Assembly: GCA_047947115.1 (NCBI GenBank) | Contig: CP170459.1 | Span: 864,001-928,000 of the forward strand | Length of the DNA stretch: 64,000 nt | Source of the DNA: Verrucomicrobiota bacterium | GTDB taxonomy: Bacteria > Verrucomicrobiota > Verrucomicrobiia > Limisphaerales > AAA164-E04 | Reading direction: 5' to 3' | Part shown: piece after piece, positions 50,413-61,275 of the stretch | How positions within the stretch are numbered: position 1 is the stretch's first letter | Layout of the letters: each line of letters starts with the position of its first letter | Position numbers and translations under genes: made by a program | Notes under the pieces: generated by a model | The model's database searches: none | What the model was told of the DNA's origin: nothing | What the model saw: the letters and a program-made list of their open reading frames with translations, nothing else

Positions 50413-51612
50413 TCAGCGCGCCCAACTGGGCTGTGACTGCTCACCGGCGGTTTGACGGACATCCTTGACATGTTTGGTGGGAACGTCAAGCAAAGACAAT
50501 GTTTTCCGGCCGTTTTTCTCACGCATAAAGACCAAATTACGAGAATTGGGAGCCCAGCAGGGATCCTCTCCTGCAAACAACGGTGTTGCCTCGCCTCCAG
50601 ATGATTCCACCACACAAATGGTCCCTCTCCCTCCGATCACGGATGTAAAGGCAATCCATTTGCCATCCGGCGACCAATCCGCTTCGGTAATACTCCCACC
50701 AATCGTTCCGGTGCTGATACGGCGAGCTGTTCCACCTGTGGCGGGTAGGGTGTATAGCCGAACACCACCGCGAGCGGATGAGGTAAAGCATATCGACCGA
50801 CCATCTGCCGACCACGTCGGGCAGGCTTCTTCTTCTAATGATGTTGTCAATCGAACCACTTCCGACCCATCCTTACGGGCCACATAAAGGTCAGGACTGC
50901 CGGCTTTGCTGAGGATCATGGCCAGCTTCTGGCCATCGGGCGAAAGAGCAGCGCTGGTGTTGAGACCGGTGTTGCGGGTGATGCGTGCTCGGTTTCCTGA
51001 CCGCAAATCGTGCGAAACAATGTTGGGACTTCCCAATTTGTAGGAGGTATAGTACAGGCCTAGTTCTCCGGGAATCCAGGTTGGAGCAGCTACATTGGAT
51101 CGGTCATTGGTCACCATACGGGCATTGTGGCCATCAAAATCTGACACAAAAATCTCCCAATGCCCATCCACCTTCCCGCGGAATGCAATGCGCGTGTGTC
51201 CGATGCCATCGGTTCCGAGCACTGCTTTGACCACATCATTCGACAAAGTATGTGCACGATTGCGCTCATCACCTGCATCATAGCCTCGGAAAAACAAGTT
51301 TCGACCACTTCCCGAATCTTTTAGCCGCCCCTCGAGCTTGGCCCGACCGCTGGATCCCAATAACTGGAAGGAGGCCTCAGCGACCGGGACAACCTTAAAT
51401 CCCTGGACCTCGAGGTCATACCGCAGGATGCTGGTAGTCGTGCTGGTAAATCCGCTGAGACTGATGGGGATCTCCTCGCCCTTGCGGGAACGGTCAATGT
51501 GTAAGTCCTGCTGAGCCAAGAGGTCCATCACAAAACAAGCCAGGAGAGTCCAGACGACACCTGCCTGAATGCGGGTTAATAGGGTTGTGCGATTATTGGG
51601 TCGAAAAAACAT
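50413..51612 (-). CDS. tolB: Tol-Pal beta-propeller protein TolB
   Basis: TRIAF, PD40 repeats (SPDG, WSPDG); lies between the tolA-like gene and pal. Confidence 0.88.
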   Translation of the reverse strand: MFFRPNNRTTLLTRIQAGVVWTLLACFVMDLLAQQDLHIDRSRKGEEIPISLSGFTSTTTSILRYDLEVQGFKVVPVAEASFQLLGSSGRAKLEGRLKDSGSGRNLFFRGYDAGDERNRAHTLSNDVVKAVLGTDGIGHTRIAFRGKVDGHWEIFVSDFDGHNARMVTNDRSNVAAPTWIPGELGLYYTSYKLGSPNIVSHDLRSGNRARITRNTGLNTSAALSPDGQKLAMILSKAGSPDLYVARKDGSEVVRLTTSLEEEACPTWSADGRSICFTSSARGGVRLYTLPATGGTARRISTGTIGGSITEADWSPDGKWIAFTSVIGGRGTICVVESSGGEATPLFAGEDPCWAPNSRNLVFMREKNGRKTLSLLDVPTKHVKDVRQTAGEQSQPSWAR

Positions 51613-51628
51613 GGGCGGAGGTAGGGTA

Positions 51629-52534
51629 TCAGTTAATGTTAAAGTTAATGGTGAAAGTTCGGTCGGATAGCGATGCACCTGCCGGTGGAGCTTCCGGAAT
51701 ATGGGTCACAAGATCCAGCAATCGTTCGATGGATTGGTTCAAGGAAGCCACTCCGGATTCTTTGACAACTTTGGCGGAGACAATCGAACCGTCGGTTCCC
51801 ACCACCACACGGACCTGAACCGTCGCGTTGCGATTGGAAAGGTTCTCCGACTGGGTCCAACGCCGATCATAAGCTGACTGCACCTTCAGCCCATAATTAC
51901 CCAAAGCACTGCCAAACACGGTGGTGACCCCCTTGATCTTACTGCCCTTCCCCACACGCTCGAGCCTGCTTGGGTCAAAATCCGACGCTGGGTTACGTCG
52001 GACGGGTGCAGGCGTCTCATTTTTTTCAGGTGAAGTTTTAACCGGAGCCTTGGTGGTGTTCTTTTTGATGACGGTGCTGATTTTGATGACCGGCTTCTCC
52101 TTTTTCTTGGGCTCCTCCTTTTTCGAAATCGTGTTTTCTTTGGGTAGCTCCTTCTTGGGCACTTTGACAGGCTCCGGTTTGGGTTCCGGCCTGGGCTCGG
52201 GTTTGACCGGCTCCGGTTTCACTGGTTCGGGAATGACGACCGGGGCAGGATCGGGCTCGGCTTGCTTGATGGGTTCGGGTTCTGGCTGAGGCTGTTCAAC
52301 CTCGGGAGGAGTTTGAACGGGTTCCACAACGGGTTCGGGTTGTGGTTCTCCTTGAACATCAGCCGGGTCATCGAACAGAGATTCGATAACAGATGCAGGC
52401 ATCATGTGGAATGGTTCCATGTCCTGCTTGACGAGCTTTTTCGGAAGGAATCCCGCGCCAAATATAACCGCCGCCAGCAGGATCAGGTGGAGCCCCGCTG
52501 AAGCAAAAAAACACTGTTTGCTGAGTCGACTCAT
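51629..52534 (-). CDS. tolA: TolA/TonB-family protein
   Basis: TM with SAGLH motif, Pro/Glu/Lys-rich linker, TonB_2-like C-terminal domain. Confidence 0.8.
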   Translation of the reverse strand: MSRLSKQCFFASAGLHLILLAAVIFGAGFLPKKLVKQDMEPFHMMPASVIESLFDDPADVQGEPQPEPVVEPVQTPPEVEQPQPEPEPIKQAEPDPAPVVIPEPVKPEPVKPEPRPEPKPEPVKVPKKELPKENTISKKEEPKKKEKPVIKISTVIKKNTTKAPVKTSPEKNETPAPVRRNPASDFDPSRLERVGKGSKIKGVTTVFGSALGNYGLKVQSAYDRRWTQSENLSNRNATVQVRVVVGTDGSIVSAKVVKESGVASLNQSIERLLDLVTHIPEAPPAGASLSDRTFTINFNIN

Positions 52535-52537
52535 GAG

Positions 52538-52951
52538 TTACTGGCTCAATTCGTTTCTGAAATAAATGTTATGCAATCCCAGTCCTTTGGCTTTGTCGAG
52601 CACCTTGTAAATATGCTCCCAAGCCGCTTTCATATCGCCACGAATGACAAGCACCAAGTTGGGGTTTTCACCAAAGGACCGAGCCAAATCCGCCTGGAGG
52701 GCATCCATGGAAACAGGCTGGGTTTCTATGTAGTAATTGCCTGACGGATCCACCTCCACCGTCTTGAGATCACGCTTTTCGGGCGCATGATCGGCGACCT
52801 GCCCTTTGGGGAGCTGCAACTGGAGTCCCTGCTCCATCAACGGAGTCGTGATCATGAAAATGATCAACAAAACGAACGCAAGGTCAAGCAGCGGCGTGAT
52901 ATTGATGTCGCTAAGCGTGACGAGTGCTGTTTTCTGTGTGTAGCGTCGCAT
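52538..52951 (-). CDS. tolR: TolR/ExbD biopolymer transport protein
   Basis: INITPLLDLAFVLLIIFMITTP, IRGD. Confidence 0.88.
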   Translation of the reverse strand: MRRYTQKTALVTLSDINITPLLDLAFVLLIIFMITTPLMEQGLQLQLPKGQVADHAPEKRDLKTVEVDPSGNYYIETQPVSMDALQADLARSFGENPNLVLVIRGDMKAAWEHIYKVLDKAKGLGLHNIYFRNELSQ

Positions 52952-52977
52952 AGGTTTCGATGATTAAAGGCCCTCCG

Positions 52978-53277
52978 TTAAAACAAGGTGAACACAAAAT
53001 ACAAAAAGGCCAGCAAGATGAGGTAAAAGATCAACTGAGGCGCTTTACGCCATAATTTCTGAAGCCGTGTTTCTTTGGAGACATCCCGGAGATGATGGTT
53101 ATTTTCGCCACACGACGGACACAGGTCCAGGAAACGGGCGAATTTCTGCCGGCACTTCCGGCAAATAAGATACAAATGACCACCGCAGGATCGGCATTTA
53201 TTGCGACTCGCTTCGTTATGGGCCCTGCATTTGCCGCATTGCACCCGTCCTATGTTGCTGTTTCCTGCCATTGTCAT
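52978..53277 (-). CDS. Double zinc-ribbon protein with C-terminal TM
   Basis: Four CxxC pairs (CGKC, CRSC, CRKC, CPSC) plus a hydrophobic tail; same strand, within the tol operon. Confidence 0.75.
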   Translation of the reverse strand: MTMAGNSNIGRVQCGKCRAHNEASRNKCRSCGGHLYLICRKCRQKFARFLDLCPSCGENNHHLRDVSKETRLQKLWRKAPQLIFYLILLAFLYFVFTLF

Positions 53278-53289
53278 TGATACCAGTTC

Positions 53290-54006
53290 TCATTCGTCAG
53301 GGATGTATTCTGTCTCCATTTTTGATGCGAGTTCCTGGGCGAAATTGTCCATTTCCACGCTGAGCACCCTGATATTATGGACCAACCAGTTGTAACCGAA
53401 CATCGACGGAATCGCCACCAGCAGGCCGGCAACCGTTGTGACCAAAGCACCCGCCACACCGGGCGCAATGGTGGTCAACTGCGCATTTTGTTGACTTGCC
53501 ACACTAGCGAACACGCTCATCACTCCCCAAACCGTCCCCAGCAAGCCAAGAAAAGGAGCGCCGCTCACCGCAATCGCCAACAAAATCAAACCCGACTCCA
53601 ATCGAAGCGATTCCTGAGCCACTCCCCGTTCCAGGGCGCGCTTGACGTGTTCCATGGATTTGAGAGAGATCATATCTTCGTCTTTCCCTCCCTTTTCTTT
53701 ATGATGTCGCTGACAATCCGACAATTCTCGGTTCCCCATGGCATAGATCGTATACAGCGGGCATCCATCAACCTGGATGTTTCGCTTGAAAATATCCATC
53801 AGGCTCTTTTGCTGCCTGAACTCCTGGTCAAACAGACTATTCAGCTTTCTGGCACGACGGATCTGCATCGATTTGGCCGTCATGACAGACCAGGCGAAAA
53901 TAGAAAACAGAACGAGCACGATGATGATCGCCTTGCCCTCCGGGCGCGCCTCGCTCCATACATACAGGAATTCTACCTGCCCTTCTGCCAATAGGATTGG
54001 AATCAT
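53290..54006 (-). CDS. tolQ: TolQ/ExbB proton channel protein
   Basis: APFLGLLGTVWGVM, IAPGVAGALVTTVAGLLVAIP. Confidence 0.9.
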   Translation of the reverse strand: MIPILLAEGQVEFLYVWSEARPEGKAIIIVLVLFSIFAWSVMTAKSMQIRRARKLNSLFDQEFRQQKSLMDIFKRNIQVDGCPLYTIYAMGNRELSDCQRHHKEKGGKDEDMISLKSMEHVKRALERGVAQESLRLESGLILLAIAVSGAPFLGLLGTVWGVMSVFASVASQQNAQLTTIAPGVAGALVTTVAGLLVAIPSMFGYNWLVHNIRVLSVEMDNFAQELASKMETEYIPDE

Positions 54007-54197
54007 TTGTAAGCCGTTGAAAAACCGGATCTGTTCAAAGAAAACAACCTAACACATGTTGAGTCTCGTTTCAAAAAATTTGGTGAGAATCATTAACACC
54101 GACGAGCTAGGGTTCACTGACATTCAGGTTTATTTGATTGATCTTCGTACAAAGGACGGCAATAAATCGGATATCTCAAACGCAACCACCCCGAAAA

Positions 54198-55061
54198 ATG
54201 AAACCGATCCAAGCCTCGCCGTCCCCTCGAATCCCGGTATCACAACAATGGATACTGATAGTTTTCATCACCGTTCTACACACGATCATGCCAGACAAAT
54301 TGAACGCCGGAACGCCTTCAATCGTTGCCCATAGAGGGGCGTCGCACGCCGCCCCGGAAAATACACTGCCTTCCGTATTACTCGCCTGGGAAGAAAACGC
54401 CGACGCGACGGAAGTGGACATCCACCTCACTAAAGACAATCAAGTCATTGTCTTGCATGACAAAACCACCGGTCGAACGGCAGGAACGGATCTGAAAGTT
54501 GCCGAAGTTTCCTATGAAGATCTGAAATCACTGGATGCAGGAACCTGGAAATCCAAGGAATATCAGGGCACGCCGATCCCCCTGCTCAAGGACATCCTGG
54601 CACATATCCCCCAGGGCAAACGCATCTTCATCGAAATCAAATGCCCCAGCGATGTGCTGCCACATCTGGAAAAGGCAGTACGTGACTCCGGCCTCTCATC
54701 CGAACAGACGGTGTTTATTGCATTTGACTGGGACACGATTCGTCTGACCAAGGAACGTTTTCCGAATTGCTCATGTTTCTGGCTGTCGGGATTCAAAAAG
54801 GACAAACAGACAGGCGATTGGGATCCGAGTCCAGACCACGTGCTTCAACGAGCGTTGGACGCCAAAGTGGATGGAGTGGATGTTCACCACGGCGGACCGG
54901 TGGATCGTCACTTTGTTGAATCGGCCAAATCCAAAGGGCTCGAGGTGCATGTCTATACCGTCAATGATCCGGTGGATGGCAAGCGGATGCTGGAAGCGGG
55001 AGTGGACGGCATCACGACCGACAAGCCCGCCTTCATGAAAAAGACTTTGGGATTGGAATAG
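54198..55061 (+). CDS. Glycerophosphodiester phosphodiesterase
   Basis: AHRGAS..PENTL, EVDIHLTKD, HD, IEIK, YTVN, GITTDKP. Confidence 0.93.
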   Translation: MKPIQASPSPRIPVSQQWILIVFITVLHTIMPDKLNAGTPSIVAHRGASHAAPENTLPSVLLAWEENADATEVDIHLTKDNQVIVLHDKTTGRTAGTDLKVAEVSYEDLKSLDAGTWKSKEYQGTPIPLLKDILAHIPQGKRIFIEIKCPSDVLPHLEKAVRDSGLSSEQTVFIAFDWDTIRLTKERFPNCSCFWLSGFKKDKQTGDWDPSPDHVLQRALDAKVDGVDVHHGGPVDRHFVESAKSKGLEVHVYTVNDPVDGKRMLEAGVDGITTDKPAFMKKTLGLE

Positions 55062-55086
55062 CCCAATTGAACTGAGCTGGGTGTTG

Positions 55087-55875
55087 TTAATCAAGGGCGG
55101 GTGCGATTCGCACAGGAATGCCTTTGGCGTCGAGGAAAGTCTTTACTTCACCCACAGTATATTCACCAAAGTGGAAGATACTGGCGGCAAGCACCGCGTC
55201 GGCTTTGCCTTGCTCAAGCACTTCGGCCATATGCTCCAGATTTCCCGCCCCACCACTGGCGACGATAGGAACTGAAGTCGATTCACTGATCTTGCGAGTG
55301 ATCGCCAAATCGTAGCCTGCTTTGGTGCCATCGGCGTCGATGCTGTTCAAGACAATTTCCCCTGCCCCGAGTTCCACGGCTCGACAGGCCCATTCGACAG
55401 CATCCAAGCCGGTGTTTTTACGACCGCCATGGGAGAAGACATCCCACCGGTCCTCACCCACTTTCTTGGCGTCGATGGAAACCACAATGCATTGACTTCC
55501 AAATTTCTGAGCGCCTTGACCGATCAGTTCGGGGTTTGAGATGGCGGCGGAATTGATACTGACTTTGTCAGCCCCCGCTTTCAACATCACCGACATGTCT
55601 TCCAGAGTGCGAATCCCTCCCCCAACAGTCAGAGGCATGAAGCAGCAATCGGCAGCACGTTCAATCACATCCACCATGGATGCACGGGCATGGGCGCTGG
55701 CGGTAATGTCGAAGAACACCATTTCATCAGCGCCCTGGTCATTATAGCGGAGCGCCAACTCGACCGGGTCCCCCACGTTACGCAGTTCACCCGCTTCCGC
55801 GCGGCCAAACTGCACCCCACGGGTCACTTTACCATCATGCACATCCAGGCATGGAATCACGCGTCTTGCCAACAT
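55087..55875 (-). CDS. hisF: Imidazole glycerol phosphate synthase cyclase subunit
   Basis: [41 protein letters not shown]. Confidence 0.97.
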   Translation of the reverse strand: MLARRVIPCLDVHDGKVTRGVQFGRAEAGELRNVGDPVELALRYNDQGADEMVFFDITASAHARASMVDVIERAADCCFMPLTVGGGIRTLEDMSVMLKAGADKVSINSAAISNPELIGQGAQKFGSQCIVVSIDAKKVGEDRWDVFSHGGRKNTGLDAVEWACRAVELGAGEIVLNSIDADGTKAGYDLAITRKISESTSVPIVASGGAGNLEHMAEVLEQGKADAVLAASIFHFGEYTVGEVKTFLDAKGIPVRIAPALD

Positions 55876-55972
55876 GCACTCGAGATAACCGAACCGCCCG
55901 TGCTTTCACAGCCTAAAAACAAATAACGATGCAAAAGATGAACGAACCCGGTCTTATCAAAGTCCGATGATT

Positions 55973-58900
55973 TCAATTGGAAAGCTTGCGCACAGCAACG
56001 CGTGAAGCCGCGATCATTGCCGGCATCCAGAGGACCTTGGCGGAATCGAATGGCGGACCGGCTGCTTCGAGCATCAAATAAATAGCTGCCGCCACGCAGA
56101 ATACGTTCCATCCCACTGACCGGACCCTCTGGATCCGTCACATTGCCACCTGGATACTGATCGGCATACCAATCAGCACACCATTCCCAGACATTGCCGC
56201 TCATATCGTGAAGGCCCCAGGCATTAGGAAGTTTCTGGGCGACCCGTTGGGTGGTGCCTGCGCTGTTAAGGCTGTACCAGGCATAGTTGGGCAATGTCTC
56301 ATATGAGAGATCCTCACAGTAATAGAAGGGAGTGCCCGGTTCCCGGGATGGCAAGGCGCGACAGGCGTATTCCCACTGCGCCTCGGTCGGCAACGCGCAC
56401 TCATATCCATCAAGAAGCAACCCCTGCTCCCGGGCCTTGGCCGTCAGCCATTCGCAGTATGAGACAGCTGCCTGCCAATTGATCCGCACCATCGGCTGAC
56501 GCCCGTCTGATCCCAAGGCATTGCCCCTGAGACTAAACTGCGCATCGTTATTGATCGGGCAATCCGCCGCCGAAAAGTTCACACCCAGCTTGTCGCCAAC
56601 CGCCATCAGGTACTGGCGAAACTGGTCGATGGTGACTTCAGTTTGCCCTAACCAGAAAGCATCGCTGATCGTTACCGTGGTCAAAGGCGCCTCATTGGTG
56701 GACCGATCCAATTCAATGCTAGGGCTGCCCATGACAAAGGTTCCTTCGGGAATGGGCAATAAGGTCATGCTCAAGTCGGATAGAAAAATGGGGTTGCCAG
56801 GCTGAACAGGTTCCGGATCGGTGTTTGGATCAACGGTAAACTTGACTACATTAAATCGCCAAACGGCTCCCTCGCGGGAAGCATCGTTATTGTGTGCGAC
56901 AATTTTCCAATACCAGGCGCCCTCGGACAATTGAACATTCACATTCCATTGCGATTTGGTCACCCCGGACGCCACCAAGGCGGTCGGATCGGGGTTGTCC
57001 TTGTCCAGGAAGACATCATAGCCCGTGCTTGGAGCGGAATCCGTCCATTCAAATTGTTCAGGCACATCGGTGGTAAAGAAAGCGTTGTTATTTCCCGGTG
57101 ATACATTCGCGAATGCGCCGGGGTTTTTTGTCCGGATGTTCAGGCCGTTTTCGGTCCAGTCCGTACTACCGGTGGCATACCAATCATCCAGAAGTGTTTC
57201 GACCATCATCGCATCACTATATGCCCCCACCGATGCGAAGGTTTGATTCCATTCTAGGGTCAAAGTTTCTCCCGCAGGAATGGTGGCTGTGGCCGCTTGA
57301 AACGCGGGGACTTCCGGGCCATTCAGCGGATTCCTTGCATAGACATAGGAGATCCTCACCTCCCTGGCCTGGTCGGAAGGGTTCTTGACCTGGGAGCGAA
57401 CGATGAAAGGATCCTGCTGTTCAAGTTCCACTGCAAGCAACCCATCTGCAGGATCAATCAATGAATAACCCAAAACATAAGGCTGATTCCTGCGAACCGA
57501 CCAATCGTTGTTGCCCGATTCAATGATACCGTAATCTCCGCCCAAAGTTCGGAAACCTCCCAACGATTTCCGCGACGATGGAACACCCTCACATCATGGT
57601 CTCCAGGGAACAAATTAGGCACTTCCACCGTAGAACTTTGTGCCTGATACGTCTGCCCCGAAACCAGCCAAGTTGAATTGTTCACGTTGCTGAGGGAGCC
57701 GTCATCCAGCCGCAACCGACCGATAAAATGAGCATCCGGCAATTCGAATATCGGTTGCCTGCTGACGAGTGCACGGTAAAACTGCAAAGGAAATGCCTGT
57801 CTGTCGCCTGCCAGCACATTGGTCAATCTGAAAGAGGAATTCTGTACGGTGAACGGTCCCTTGATTGCAGGATCTGCAAAGGTCAACTCATTATCCTGTT
57901 GCACATATAAGGTCGTCCCGGCCACCAGGTTTTGAACCAGAAGATCGTCCCCAACCACCTCCAGGCGAGGCTCGGGCAAAGTGGCTTCTGCCGGCTCGCC
58001 AATCCGCCACAGGATCACCCTGCCCGATGTATCCGCGCTAAGCAGCCGACTTCCATCCAGACTAATGATGGGAGACTGATGCCCTTCAGCCACACGCACA
58101 TCCGTTGCGTTTTCCCGGGTGCGGATGGTGACATTCCGGTCAGCACCGGCGGTGGCATACCAATCAGTTCCAGGAATCCATTCCAGATCCCATGCCCCTT
58201 TCAAGCGGGAGTCAATCTGGTACACAGGCGAGGGACTGCTAATGTTGTGCAGAAAGACCTCTCCGAAATCATTGATGACAGCAAAATGGGTGTCATCCGG
58301 CGCAAAATCCAATCCCTCGACGCTTCTGGTTTGGGCAAATCCCCCCAATAGTGCCCCATTGGTGGCATTCCATAAAAAAGTGATGTTGCCGTTTCCGGTC
58401 AATAATTTGTCCCGCCCATGAGAAAACCGGACATCAGATGGCGGTGTGACCCCGCCTGTGAAACTGATTTCCTCAAGGCTGTTCTCCATATTCCAGATAA
58501 CCACCTTATGATCTGCGCTCACACTGGCCAACCTGAGACCGTCATCGGAGAAATCCAGACTATTGATGACATCCTTTTGCTCGGTGAACTTGCCGAGCGA
58601 AAAGTCCGCAACCCCGGACCATAACCAAACATCATGATCATCGTCGGCAACGGCCATCCATGCGCCGTCCGGGGTAAAAACACCAAACGTATAGGTGACG
58701 CCGGCTTCGCCGAAGGTTCGGATGCGTTCGCCGGTTGCCGCATCCCAATGAATGACAAATCCATCACCAAACGTGATGAACGACCTGCCATCAGGCGCCA
58801 GCGCAGCCCCTTGAATATTTCCAGTATCCCACTGTTGAAGGATTACGGGAGTAGGGATTTCGTCGGCGGTTTCTTGCGAAAGGCATTTCAAGGAAGCCAT

Positions 58901-58975
58901 GTTGAAGGTGAGCAGAAATAGCGCGGAGTACCAAAGAGCAATCTTCGGAACCAATGAATTCCAGTTCTTGTGCAT
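55973..58975 (-). pseudogene. Secreted WD40 + Ig-like + FGE-sulfatase (SUMF1/CLec-fold) domain protein, frameshifted (ORFs 57458..59086 and 55857..57563)
   Basis: Signal peptide and WD40 repeats; LPTEAQWEYACRA, PNAWGLHDMSGNVWEW, RGGS. Overlapping ORFs near 57530; removing one base at 56003 restores GFRVAVRKLSN* ending at 55973. Confidence 0.7.
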
Positions 58976-59185
58976 GTCAGTTGGATAGGTTGATGCAGAC
59001 TTGCTTGTTCCGGATACCTCCTGTTTTTTCCGGTAGAATCCTGCGATCCTTGCTACTGATTTAGTGCCAAGTCCTGCTTCGGTCAAGCAACTGTTGGGTC
59101 TTTAGTTGGAGGTAAAGTCATCCCTGAACCTGAAATCCAAAGCCCGTTTCGCTCCCATACATACCTGACCCTGAGTGCATAAAAC

Positions 59186-59215
59186 AAAAAAGCCCATGCA
59201 CGCGGCATGGGCTTT
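59186..59215 (-). terminator. Rho-independent terminator
   Basis: Minus strand AAAGCCCATGC..GCATGGGCTTTTTT, after the cytochrome gene. Confidence 0.8.
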
Positions 59216-59232
59216 AAGGAGAAAGGAAAAAA

Positions 59233-59661
59233 TCAGTGCTTGGGTTTGTGCTCGGAATGGCATGCTTTGCAGGAAGCGCCAAGCTTCTTGAAACCGGCCA
59301 ATGCTCCTTCAATATCCTTCTTTTCGATGGCAGCCGCAGCCGCGGCGCTGCCTTCGCGCAGATCTTTGGTGCAAGCGTCAGCCCAAATGCTGTCAGGGCA
59401 ACGACCATCTTCCATCATGGTGTAGCTGGATTCGTTCAAAAGAGCGGCACTCAATGCGAGCTTCTTCCAATCTTCATCGGAAGAAGGCTTGGAATCCACC
59501 AAACCCTTTTTGAGTTCACCCATATGAGGTTTGACGATGGCCTCCATCAACTGTTCGGTAGTTAACGGACGGGTTTTCCCCTTCTTCACCTGAGCCAACC
59601 CCGTGTTCAATGCGCCAATTGCGAGTCCGGCCACAAGAATGGCAGGCAGAATACGTTTCAT
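59233..59661 (-). CDS. Class II cytochrome c (cytochrome c'-like)
   Basis: Signal peptide, helical body, C-terminal CKACH. Confidence 0.85.
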   Translation of the reverse strand: MKRILPAILVAGLAIGALNTGLAQVKKGKTRPLTTEQLMEAIVKPHMGELKKGLVDSKPSSDEDWKKLALSAALLNESSYTMMEDGRCPDSIWADACTKDLREGSAAAAAAIEKKDIEGALAGFKKLGASCKACHSEHKPKH

Positions 59662-59909
59662 GGAAATCATCATGTTATGTAAGATATTTCGAATTATTGG
59701 CCAAGAGGATGTTATTTTCCAGTCACCAGAAATCAAACTTTCTTTTTTCTAAAAAAACTGCTGCACCCATTCTTCAAAACAACCCTTTCTCATTCGTTCA
59801 TTCCCGGCAATGTAACTCCAAAGCGGATGTTTACTTCAGGGCTGGAACACTTGACTCCACAACATTTGGTATGATAGTTTTTTTGGTATACATTTACATG
59901 TGGTGACGA

Positions 59910-60365
59910 ATGAAATGCCCTAAATGCAGTTGCATCGATGACAAGGTGGTCGATTCCCGTTCTTCCAAAGAAGGAGCGGTCATCCGTCGCCGCCGTGAAT
60001 GCCTGGAATGTGGGCATCGATTTACCACTTATGAAGAGATCGAACGGGAAATGTTGATGGTTATCAAACGCGATGGCCGCCGGGAACTCTTTTGTAAGGA
60101 AAAACTTGGAGCAGGATTACACCGTGCCTGCGAAAAGCGTCCTGTCAGCCAGCAAGTCGTGCATGAATTGATTGACCGCATCTACAACAGCGTATTGGAC
60201 GAATATGAACGAGAAGTCCCCAGCATGATCATCGGAGAACGGGTCATGAACGGACTTCGGGTGGTTGACGAAGTTGCGTATGTGCGGTTCGCGAGCGTTT
60301 ACCGTCGTTTCACGGATGCGACCGAATTTGTTCAGGAAGTCAGAAAACTGGAAACAACCATATGA
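59910..60365 (+). CDS. nrdR: Transcriptional repressor NrdR
   Basis: MKCPKC..VVDSR..RRRRECLECGHRFTTYE, ATP cone, AYVRFASVY. Confidence 0.97.
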   Translation: MKCPKCSCIDDKVVDSRSSKEGAVIRRRRECLECGHRFTTYEEIEREMLMVIKRDGRRELFCKEKLGAGLHRACEKRPVSQQVVHELIDRIYNSVLDEYEREVPSMIIGERVMNGLRVVDEVAYVRFASVYRRFTDATEFVQEVRKLETTI

Positions 60366-60922
60366 TTCAGCTTAACCCAGATTGTGTGATGGTGGAACTA
60401 GAGAACGGCAAGGCGTTGCCCTGTTCCGTCGAGCTTCTGACCGTTGAAATGCTTGGTGAGAAAGCTTCCTGGATGGACCCCGAAATCCTGCAGAACATCT
60501 GCGAAGCGGTCATGCTTTACCTGAGAGACGAATTAGGGAAGGGAAGTGTCCCGTTCCATGAATTTGCCCAGGTCTTGGAAGATGTGTTGCGAGGGTTTGG
60601 ATTTGAGGTCTGTGTTCCTAAAAAATCCCATCCCTCCCTGCCTGTCAGAAAAACAGATCTTGCCGACTGGTTGGGAAGGCAGGAACTGGGATTTGATCTC
60701 ATGCTTTTCCAACGATTGCGTGAAGAACTCACCGAACGGTTATTGGAAGAACCAGCTGGAGTTCTTTGGATTCATGGCACGCACAACTGCGTGAAGGCAC
60801 ACCTGGGTGCCCGACGTTGGAGCCGCAAATGCCAACAATTGAACGACCAATTGGTGGCCTTTATTCGGGAATGCTTCGACCGTGAAGCCAATGCAGGATC
60901 CTCGCTCATCGTCCACGCTTGA
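60362..60922 (+). CDS. Hypothetical protein coupled to nrdR
   Basis: ATGA overlap with nrdR; 186-aa ORF. Confidence 0.75.
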   Translation: MIQLNPDCVMVELENGKALPCSVELLTVEMLGEKASWMDPEILQNICEAVMLYLRDELGKGSVPFHEFAQVLEDVLRGFGFEVCVPKKSHPSLPVRKTDLADWLGRQELGFDLMLFQRLREELTERLLEEPAGVLWIHGTHNCVKAHLGARRWSRKCQQLNDQLVAFIRECFDREANAGSSLIVHA

Positions 60923-60932
60923 GGAACACATC

Positions 60933-61274
60933 ATGAGCACCACGCTGTTTGAAAAAATCATTGCCCGTGAAATACCCGCAGACATTGTCTTCGAAGATGA
61001 TTCGGTGCTGGCCTTTCGCGACATCAACCCACAGGCCCCCACTCATGTCCTGATCATTCCGAAAAAAGTCATCCCGAGAGTTGGCGAAGCTCAGGAGGAA
61101 GATCAGTTGCTTCTGGGTTACCTCCTCCTGAAGGCGGGAGAGGTCGCCCGAAAACTCAACCTTGAAAACGGATTTCGACTGGTTATCAACAATGGCAGAG
61201 ATGGTGGAGAAACCGTGCCCCACCTCCATTGCCATCTTCTGGGGGGACGCCCTCTGGAATGGCCCCCGGGTTGA
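60933..61274 (+). CDS. hinT: Histidine triad nucleotide-binding protein
   Basis: TLFEKII, AFRDINPQAPTH, HLHCH, WPPG. Confidence 0.93.
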   Translation: MSTTLFEKIIAREIPADIVFEDDSVLAFRDINPQAPTHVLIIPKKVIPRVGEAQEEDQLLLGYLLLKAGEVARKLNLENGFRLVINNGRDGGETVPHLHCHLLGGRPLEWPPG

Positions 61275-61275
61275 A

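Noticed and set aside
52140..52350. Low-complexity PEP/KPE repeats
   Set aside because: Normal proline-rich linker of TolA/TonB proteins.
55973..56120. Possible DGR variable region at the FGE/CLec C-terminus
   Set aside because: I found no template repeat differing at adenines and no reverse transcriptase in the window. A remote DGR cannot be excluded without a genome search.
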